A stretch of 63,852 nt of DNA, the filler included, from Microthyrium microscopicum (lineage: Eukaryota), in assembly GCA_010405405.1 (NCBI GenBank). It is 17 parts of 6 records of this genome, joined end to end, with 100 filler letters (N's around TTAATTAATTAA, not from the genome) between each part and the next. Parts side by side here need not be neighbours in the genome. Positions count along the whole stretch, not along the records: positions 44,914 to 55,222 come from MU004238.1; positions 55,323 to 56,692 come from MU004238.1; positions 56,793 to 58,662 come from MU004238.1; positions 58,763 to 60,115 come from MU004239.1; positions 60,216 to 62,598 come from MU004239.1; positions 62,699 to 63,852 come from MU004245.1; 11 more parts are not named here. One strand, written 5' to 3'. The position numbers were made by a program, and so were the translations under genes. The notes below the pieces were generated by a model. The model saw only the letters and a list, made by a program, of their open reading frames with translations. It was not told where the DNA came from and ran no database searches. Shown here in pieces: positions 54,670 through 63,852 of the stretch. How positions within the stretch are numbered: the first letter of the stretch is position 1; each line of letters opens with the position of its first letter.

Positions 54670-55222
54670 GAAAAAGGCGAACTACTTCCTGCCAGTGGGA
54701 CCTGGAAACACCGACTCGACTAAGCGAAAGGCGAGAGCTACGATCCTCGAACATTCTCAGCAGTCAAGAACTGGAATGGCTTGGAAGCAGTCTTATCAAT
54801 CAGTTCTTCGACTAAGCCGATGGCTATGATCCTCAAACATTCTACTAGCTTGGAAGCAATCTCATCAAGCAGTTCTTCGACTCAAGCCGGTGGGACCAGT
54901 GGAAACACCAACTCGACCACGCCGATGGCTATGATCCTCGAACATTCCCAGGAGCTGGGATGGCTTGGAAGCAGTCTTATCAATCAGTTCTTCGACTAAG
55001 CGGATGACTAGGTATGATCCACAAACATTCCACTAGCTTGGAAGCAGTCTTATCAATCAGTTCTTCGACTCAAGCCGGTGGAAACACCAACTCGACTACG
55101 CCGATGGCTATGATCCTCGAACATTCCCAGGAGTCAGGAGCTGGGATGGCTTGGAAGCAGTCAGTTCTCAGAACTGACACCGGTGGGACCAGTTCAATGA
55201 GCGGAAACACCGACTCGACTAC
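54670..55222. repeat. Mosaic repeat related to the 88-bp family
   Basis: Shares ggaaacacc(g/a)actcgactacgccgatggctatga and ctgggatggcttggaagcagtct with 47771-48066. Confidence 0.88.
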
Positions 55223-55464
55223 NNNNNNNNNNNNNNNNNNNNNNNNNNNNNNNNNNNNNNNNNNNNTTAATTAATTAANNNNNNNNNNNNNNNNNNNNNN
55301 NNNNNNNNNNNNNNNNNNNNNNAATTATATAACTTATATTAATTTTTAAGTAATAGTTTATTAGCTTTAAGTCGTAGCTATTAATATATTTTCTTCTTAC
55401 TAAAAACTATTTTACTTACTTACCTAATAGTTATTACTAGCTCTTTATAATCCTTATATTATAA

Positions 55465-56200
55465 TAGCTTATAGCTAATAATATATCTTCTATTTAGTAA
55501 ACTAGACATTATTTATTAGTCTAGTAGCTATTACTATTTTTTATTATACTCTATTATTAGTATATACTATAACTAACGTCCCTCTTTATTATATTAGCTC
55601 TTAAAATTTTCTATAACTTTACTATAATTATTAATTTACTAGAAGTCTAGTTCTTATAAATTTTATAGCTAATAACTAGCTTTAGTATTTTAGCTAGTAG
55701 CTTTTCTTATAATCTAATAATTATTACTAGCTTACTATATATCTTAGTACTAGCAAATTTTATAGCTAATAAGCTTTTTTATTATACTAGCTAGCTACTT
55801 TTACTATAACCTATTAATTATTATTAATTTACTTAATATATAATAATAACTAAAGTTATAGTTAATAAGCCTTTTTATTATACTAGCTAGCTACTTTTAC
55901 TATAACCTATTAATTATTATTAATTTACTTAATATATAGTAATAGCTAAAGTTATAGCTAATAAGCCTTTTTATTATACTAGCTAGTAACTTTTATTATA
56001 ATCTAATAGTTTTTACTAACTTAATTAGTATATAGTATTAATATAAGTTATAGCTAATAAACCTTTTTACTCTACTAGAATATAGCTTTCTTAATAACCT
56101 ATTAGTTTTTACTAACCTAATTAGTATATAGTATTAATATAAATTATAGCTAATAAATATCTTTATTATAGTAGTAAGTAAGTTCTTTATATTCTAGTAT
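55465..56200. repeat. RIPed 96-97-bp tandem repeat, ~8 units
   Basis: A tatagctaat-like motif occurs at 55470, 55567, 55664, 55761, 55857, 55953, 56049 and 56145. Confidence 0.85.
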
Positions 56201-56792
56201 AAATTTACTACTTACTTATATACTAGTCTTAACGCCCTTACTAATAATAAAATTTAGTTTAATACTAGCCTATAGCTAATACTCTTATATAATTTTTTTT
56301 AAGTTAGTAGTAAATTTTTAATTTTCTTAAAAAGAGTATATTATTAGAGATACTTTCTCTTCTATATAGTTAAGTTAGAGAGAACTTATAAAGCTAAGTA
56401 GAGTACTTATATTATTAGTATATTAGATTTATTTTTATTTTCTTTCTATATTATAAATACTATTATTTAATATTTATTATATTATAAATATAACTAAACC
56501 TCTACTAAATAAAATATTCTATAAGTTTCCTAACGTTTAACTCTAATTATTTAAGTAAGAAATAAAATATAATTATTATTAGAATAATATTATTTACTTA
56601 GTAGACTTACACTACTATAATAATACTTTTAAGTAAATACTTTTATAGATATTATTATAGTATCTACTACTTTATTTCTAGCTTATAGCCTANNNNNNNN
56701 NNNNNNNNNNNNNNNNNNNNNNNNNNNNNNNNNNNNTTAATTAATTAANNNNNNNNNNNNNNNNNNNNNNNNNNNNNNNNNNNNNNNNNNNN

Positions 56793-57957
56793 TACCTTTA
56801 CCTATTCTAGAATTAATACTCTATTAAAAAATATAAATTTTAAGCTACTTATATTTTTATAGTTATATCTTCTTTAGAGATAATTAAAATTATTATTACT
56901 AGTAGTATCTAATAAAGACTTATTCTTATAATCTATAGGATATTAATAATTATCTTTATTATTAAGGATATTTAGTTTTTACTATTTACTTTACTATATA
57001 GTTAACTTACTATTCTTATCTCTAGATAAGCTAAATATAATATCTTCTTTATAGGCTTTGCTATACTTTATAGTACTAGTATTTTTATTACCTATAGCTA
57101 ATAGCTTTAGCTAGCCTATATATATATCTTTCTAAAGATACTTTAGATTATCCTTTATATACTTAGTATTAATAAATTAGATATTCTTTCTAGCTATTAA
57201 AGCTCTCTATATAGTAAGTACGCTATTTTATAATATATTCTTAGCTTATTAGGTTAGATTAGGGATACTAGATTATTAAGTACTAATAGGCGCTACTAAG
57301 TATAATAGTAAAGTCTTTTATTACTCTTATAGAGATAATATTATCTTACGAATCTTTACTAAGCTAAATATTTAAGTCGTTATAGCTAATATATTATTCT
57401 ATAATACTACTACCTTTTTCTTAAGCAATTTAGTAATTAGCTTAAAACTATCTACTTTATTAGACTTAGGCTTAGTTATAGCTAATAAGTTACTTAAACT
57501 TAAAATAGCGTCTTAATAAATTAATTTTTTAGTATTAAGACTATAAATAAAGTAATATTAAGCTAAGGTAATAGATTCCTTATTATTATTAAGTAGAATA
57601 ATATTAGCTAGTAACAACTTAGGCCTAAATTTTTTAGTCTTAGATATAGTATCTCTAGTTAATTAGGTATTTATCTTAGGCTAAGACGATACTAATAAGT
57701 ATATAATTATTAAATATTAGCTAAAAGACTTATTATCTAGCTCTATTAAATAGCTATCTAGGATTATAGAAGTATAGCTAGTTAAATCTAGAGCTACTAA
57801 CTTCTTACGCCCTTTAGTTAAGGCTAGAGTTAAGTAATAATTATTATTATTATTACTTATACTTAGGACGAAGAGATTAGCCTAATAAGACTTTTTTAGA
57901 GAAGAAGTAATAAAATTATTATTACTATTAGTATTTTTATAACTTAGATAACGTCAT
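56793..57957 (-). pseudogene. RIPed ORF relic, unknown product
   Basis: Surviving ATG (cat at 57955-57957) and a protein-like de-RIP reading. No motif. Confidence 0.3.
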
Positions 57958-58762
57958 TTTAAATTATATATTAGATTAGGAGTTACCTTAGCTTTAGTAC
58001 CTCCTTTACCTTATTTACTATAACTAGGAGCTATAATACTATTAACTATATAAATAATTAATAATTATTCTTATTTAATAGGTTATAAAAAGTAATATAC
58101 CTTTAGGTTACTATAAAAGAGTATAATATTAAAAATACTATAAATTATAGTAGTAATAACTTAATTTATTAAAACCTAGAATAAGAAATAAACTTAAAGC
58201 AAAAATAGATAAGAGACTAAAAATTATAGAAAATAAATAAAAGAGTAAAGTTAATAAAAGATTAGAATAAGAAAAGATAAAAGATTAAGGTAATAAAGGA
58301 GACGTCTAATAAATAAGGTTCTTTCTAAACTAATATATAGGTACCTTCTAGACTAAGATTACTCCTACTATTTTTACCTTAGCTATATATCTTAATAGAT
58401 ACTTATATATTAATACTAAGGCTATTATAACCTTTCTCTAATTCCCTATAATCTCTTTTATAACTTTATCCTTATTATAAACTATACCTCTTTTATATTA
58501 ACCTATTATTTCTAGGTATAATAATCTATTTAGACGTACTTATTTAAGTCTAGACTATAAAAAGTAATAATTTATTATTCTCTAGAATAATCTATATCTA
58601 TTATTTCTTCTATTCTATTTATATATACTTAGCTAGTAACTAACTATATCTAAATTAAATTANNNNNNNNNNNNNNNNNNNNNNNNNNNNNNNNNNNNNN
58701 NNNNNNTTAATTAATTAANNNNNNNNNNNNNNNNNNNNNNNNNNNNNNNNNNNNNNNNNNNN

Positions 58763-60115
58763 TTACTATAGACTATAATAGTATTAATTATAAAGTTAGC
58801 TATAATAGATACTATTTACGTAGTACTAGAAAATATTTTTATATTTATCTTTATATAAGTAGTTTATAGAAACCTAACGTTTAATAAACTATTACTAAAT
58901 ATAATATATAAACTATTAGCTAGAAATAGTTAAGTAGTTAGCTATAGTTTCTTATTTATATATAAGTCTAAACTAAAATTATATTTTAGTTAGTACTAAT
59001 ACTATACTAGTACTAAAGTTATTTAGTAAAAACGTAATAACTTTATAGCTTTCTTTAGTAATAAAGCTAAGTATATACTAGACTCTAAGATTGCCTTAAA
59101 ACTACTATAAATAATAAAAGTAGTTACTAAATAACTAGCTAAAAGTATAATAGCATTTAATACCTAGGGCCCTTAAAACTAAAAGTTTAAAGTACTTTAT
59201 TCTAATAGAGAAGTCTATTAAATAAATTCTTAAGGTATTAGCTTTTAAGTCTTAATAATTAGTACTATCTATATAGATAGTATAAGCCTAATTATAAATA
59301 AAATATATCTTAAAACCTAAATAATAATAATAATCTAGTACTAAAGTTATAATTTAAATTATAGTTTAGAATCTAAGAAATAAGAATTAACTACTTATTA
59401 ACTTATATAAATAATATAGAACTATAACTTAGTATAAAATATATATTAATTTTATACTATAATTCTATTATACTTCTTTAAGGTAATAATAAAAGAAGTA
59501 TAAAATATTATTATATTTATCTAAATTAAATTTTAAAAATATATAAAATCTATAACTTAGTATAATATATTACTTTAGAGTTATACTTTTTATATACTTC
59601 TTTATAGTAATAGTAAAAGAAATATAGTATACTAATTTAGAATTATAACTTTTATATATCTTTTTATAATAATAAGAAAGAATTATAGTATACTAGTTCT
59701 AAGCTATAGTTTTTATCTACTTCTTAGGCTTAGGTAGTAAAGGAAGTATAATATAGTATTATACTTATAATAAAAAGAAATATTAAGATATATATTATAT
59801 AAGTTATTAATATAGATAAATTTTAAAAACTAGAAGTAGAATAACTATATATACTAAAATATTTAAGCCTAAGAAGATTTAGCTTAGAAATACTATAACT
59901 TTCTAAACTAGAATTTAGTATTAAATTTTTATATAATAATAATAAGTAAGAAAAGTTAGAGAACTAGGCTACTACTTACTTAAAATAGACTAATTACTTA
60001 ATAGTAGTTTTATAATAATACTAATAACCTTAAGAACTTACTATACGTTATAATTATAACCTTAATATTTTAATTACTATATATAATAATATAGTAATAG
60101 TAAGAAATATCTTAA
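58763..60115 (+). mobile_element. Family A internal fragment
   Basis: Colinear with ~17206-18558. Confidence 0.9.
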
Positions 60116-60215
60116 NNNNNNNNNNNNNNNNNNNNNNNNNNNNNNNNNNNNNNNNNNNNTTAATTAATTAANNNNNNNNNNNNNNNNNNNNNNNNNNNNN
60201 NNNNNNNNNNNNNNN

Positions 60216-62598
60216 ATATAGTTAACCTTCTTAACGTTTTATAACTAATAATAATAATAATAATAATAATAATAGTAATAATATTAATAGTAATAATAAT
60301 AATAGTAATAAAGGTCTTAGGTACTTAGATATATTAGATAAGAATAACTTAGACTTAGAGGATAATATAAACTTAGAGAGTTTAAGTTTTAATAAAGATT
60401 AGAGTTATAACTCTAATAACTAATAGTTATTATAATTTAAGTTAAATTATAGGATAATATCTATACTTTAAATACTAAAGTAAATAGATAGATTTAAATT
60501 AAGATTAATAAATTTAATATTTAACTTCTTTATTATATTTACTACTAATATAAATCTCTTTTACTAATACTAACTTATAATAATAAGAATATAATAATTT
60601 ACTATAGTAATAATTATAATTAAGATATAAATAGATTAAGAATATATATAGAAATAATACTAATATAAGTATAAATAATAATAATATATATAATATTAAT
60701 AGTATTATTTAATAAACTATACTTAAAAAGTTAACTAGACTAAATTTCTAGTACTTTAAACCCTTAGCTAACCCTAGACTAACTTTATATATAAGTAGGC
60801 TAATATTTAAACCCTAAGCTAGTATTTAAACTTAAGCTAACCTTAGGCTAACCCTAGGCTAACCCTAAGCTAACTCTATATATAAGTAGGCTAATATTTA
60901 AACTTTAGGATAATGTTTAAATCCTAGGATAATATTTAAACCCTAGGCTAGTATTTAAACTATATACTAATCTAGGCTAACCTTATACTAACTCTATATT
61001 AACTTAATATTTAGTATTAAGAATAGAATAGAGGGTAATATATAGAAATAAGTTAAATTTCTTAGAAATATATATACTACTCTAGTAGTTTATATAAATT
61101 ATAAAATATTCTAGATAAAGCTTAAAATATATATCTTTAACTCTATATAAAAAAGTTTTAATAAAGATATAATTCTTTATATAATTACTAACCTCTTTTA
61201 TAAGCCTAGTTATAAGTAGTAATCTAGTTTAATATTATTTTAAGGTATTAAATAACTAGTTTAATATTTACTAGATAGAGCTTACTAGATTAACGTTATT
61301 ATACTAGGTAAATTACTAGTCTAAACTATAATTTAATAATTTTTAAAATTATAAAACTTAGTAAACTCTATAGTTTAATATTAGCGCTTAATAGTAAAAG
61401 TACTTTAATAAATAGTTTACTTTTAGTAGTTAATAAGTATAACTAGTTAATATAAATACTTTATTTACTTAATTTAGTTATAAATTTAAGTATAAACTAA
61501 CTACTAATCTTATAGTTATTAGTAGAAGTAGCGCGCTTAGAAGTAGCTTTAGTACTACTTACTTTATAAAAAGTAGTTCTTATAGTAGATACTATAGTTA
61601 AATATTAGTAAAACTCTAACTATTATTAAAGACCTTTAAACTCTTAAACTACTTAATTAGCTTAATAATAAAATTATTAATAGCTTCCTTACTAAGCTTT
61701 ATAAAAAGGCTAAGTCTAAACTTACTAAATAGATAAAAATAATAAAAACCTTAATTAAAGATAATATCTTATAATATTATATACTTAATACTTATTAGTT
61801 TTCTAAGATATAATAACGAAATAGTATTAAAAAGATTACTTACTAGATAAAGTACTAAAAAATTAATAAAAAGAATCTTCTTAGCGTTTATAAACTTTTT
61901 ATTTTAATTTATTAAGGTAGTTACTAGACTCTACTAACTATCCTTTCTTAATAATATTAAGTACATTAATATAACTTCTTATTTACTAGTAAAGGATTTA
62001 TTTTTACTTTAGCTAAAGAAATACTTTAATATAAGTTAAGTAACGCTTAGGATAAGAGTAAATAAATATTTAAGAGAGTAAAAAGTAGTTATTAATAAAA
62101 CTCTTTAGATTATAGCGCCTTTACCTTTATAAATACTTAAGCTACTTTCTATACTAATAACCTACCTAATATTCTTCTTAACTAATATAGTAAAGTAATA
62201 TAATAACTAATTAGTTTAATTATTTTTTATAGTAGCTTAAAAGATAACTTTAACTTAGAGGCTTAGTATAGTAGCTTTTATCTAAAAACTTTATAAAATA
62301 TTTCTAATTATCTTTCTTATAAAGTATAATATTAGTAAAGAGCTTATTTACTATAGAGGATAGTCTATTCTCTTCTTAACTTAATATACTCTTCTTATTA
62401 ATATATATATATTCCTAACTAAAAATTATCTTCTTATTAATAATATAATTTCTTACTATTACTAGTTTCTATTATTAGTAATATATCCTATTATTATAAA
62501 TATATTTTATTATTATAAATATAGCCTCTTATTAAAAATATATTAAAAAGACTAATAGCTATAGCTTAATCTACTTTAGTAGTAATTACTATATATAA
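60216..62598 (+). mobile_element. Family A fragment with Ulp1 domain relic at 61619-62401
   Basis: Colinear with 19015-21151 and 36700-38730. Confidence 0.9.
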
Positions 62599-63204
62599 NN
62601 NNNNNNNNNNNNNNNNNNNNNNNNNNNNNNNNNNNNNNNNNNTTAATTAATTAANNNNNNNNNNNNNNNNNNNNNNNNNNNNNNNNNNNNNNNNNNNNAG
62701 TAAGTCTATTAAATTAGTATTAAAATTATAAGAAGCTTACTAAGATATAGTATAAATAATTAATTTTAACTATATTAATATTACTTAAAGGTAGTTACTA
62801 TATATAGACTAGTTATAATATATAACCTAGATTATAATAACTAGCTATAATAGTAAAATAGCTATTATAATATATACTATTATTATTAATACTCTAACTA
62901 TTTAAAGTATCTAAAGTAATAGTAGGTATAGATAGGTAATATATAAATTAATTCTTCTCTTTAATTATATTATAAACTAAGTAAGTATTAAGAGTTATAC
63001 TATCTTCTAATAAGAAGACCTTAGTATTTAATATTATATATAATATAGTAAATAGTAGTAAAAAAGCTAATATAATATATTAGCTAAAGTAATACTAAAA
63101 AGAGACTAATCTATATAGAGATATAAAGTAGTAAAGTTTAAGTAGGTTAAAGAATTCTAATAAATAAATAAGATAATAGTAAGGTAAGTAGATATATAGT
63201 AAGA

Positions 63205-63378
63205 GAAAAATAGAAGTAAAGATAAAGTAGAGATAGAGGTAGAGATAGAGGTTAAGGTAGAGGTAGAAGTAGAGATAAAGATAAAAGTAGAAATAGAGGT
63301 AGAGGTAGAAGTAGAAGTAGAAGTAGAAGTAGAAGTAGAAGTAGAAGTAAAAATAGAAGTAGAAGTAGAAGTAGAAAG
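63205..63378. repeat. (GTAGAR)n hexamer low-complexity tract
   Basis: Direct reading. Confidence 0.85.
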
Positions 63379-63852
63379 AAAAGAGCTAGAATTTACTAAA
63401 ATATTAATTAATAAGAAGTAAAAGTAAGGCTAATAATAGTATTAATTAGTAAGTAGAATAGTACTACTAGCTAGAATATAAAATAGTTAGGAAAGCTAGA
63501 TATAAAAATAACTAAGAATAACGTAATAGCCTAAAAAAGTAAGTAAATAGATAGAGACCTTAATTTATAGAATAAATAAGAGTAAAATTATTAAAGAAAG
63601 ATATTACTTAATAAGTAAAGTTACTAATAGTAGAATATATAGTCCTTAACCTTAATGTTAATACTTAGTCTAAAATATTTATATAAATATATTTATTCTA
63701 TATTCTCTTTTATCTTTTATATTATATTCTATCTTCCTCTATATAATATAAACTATAAACTTACTCTACTTACGCTTTTAATATATAATATAGTAAATAA
63801 TATATCTAATAGTAAGAATTTAAATATATTTTATAATACTAATATTCTTATA

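Larger units (their letters stand above)
2115..62698. other. Artificial scaffold linkers (44 N + TTAATTAATTAA + 44 N) at 2115-2214, 5651-5750, 14642-14741, 21152-21251, 22454-22553, 25164-25263, 26704-26803, 30441-30540, 36232-36331, 38803-38902, 44814-44913, 55223-55322, 56693-56792, 58663-58762, 60116-60215, 62599-62698
   Basis: An identical 100-bp block with a six-frame-stop palindrome occurs 16 times. Plain N gaps (11656-11830, 37564-37721, 40922-40931, 47099-47462) lack the 12-mer and are intra-scaffold gaps. Confidence 0.97.

Noticed and set aside
44866..55274. ORF-track ORFs as real genes (RVRVRV ORF, 45014-46052 set, repeat-derived and N-spanning ORFs)
   Set aside because: They arise from telomere or minisatellite repeats, compositional bias or N runs. 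No recognisable domains.

Overview
This is fungal (filamentous ascomycete-type) DNA and not one continuous locus. It is a concatenation of 17 small unplaced scaffolds joined by artificial 100-bp linkers (44 N + TTAATTAATTAA + 44 N). Most scaffolds are extremely AT-rich and TpA-saturated, with CpA/TpG nearly absent, i.e. repeats destroyed by repeat-induced point mutation (RIP). Reading codons through C>T/G>A damage reveals: (i) a ~7-kb Ty3/Gypsy chromovirus LTR retrotransposon (7643-14641) inserted in a 707-bp tandem repeat; (ii) a full-length hAT transposase relic (42188-44653); (iii) a large multicopy element ('family A', about 8 kb reconstructable, 7 fragments) carrying an intron-rich gene that ends in a Ulp1/SUMO-protease domain, plus a cluster of tRNA-like/Pol III-type units; (iv) nested foldback repeats and several minisatellites. 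One scaffold (44914-55222) is un-RIPed and GC-balanced. It starts with a (CCCTAA)n telomere and contains a mosaic of subtelomeric repeat families, including about 22 diverged units that keep five GCGC boxes at a fixed 20/35/20/20-bp spacing. All protein calls in the AT-rich part are manual 'de-RIP' readings; no database search was possible.
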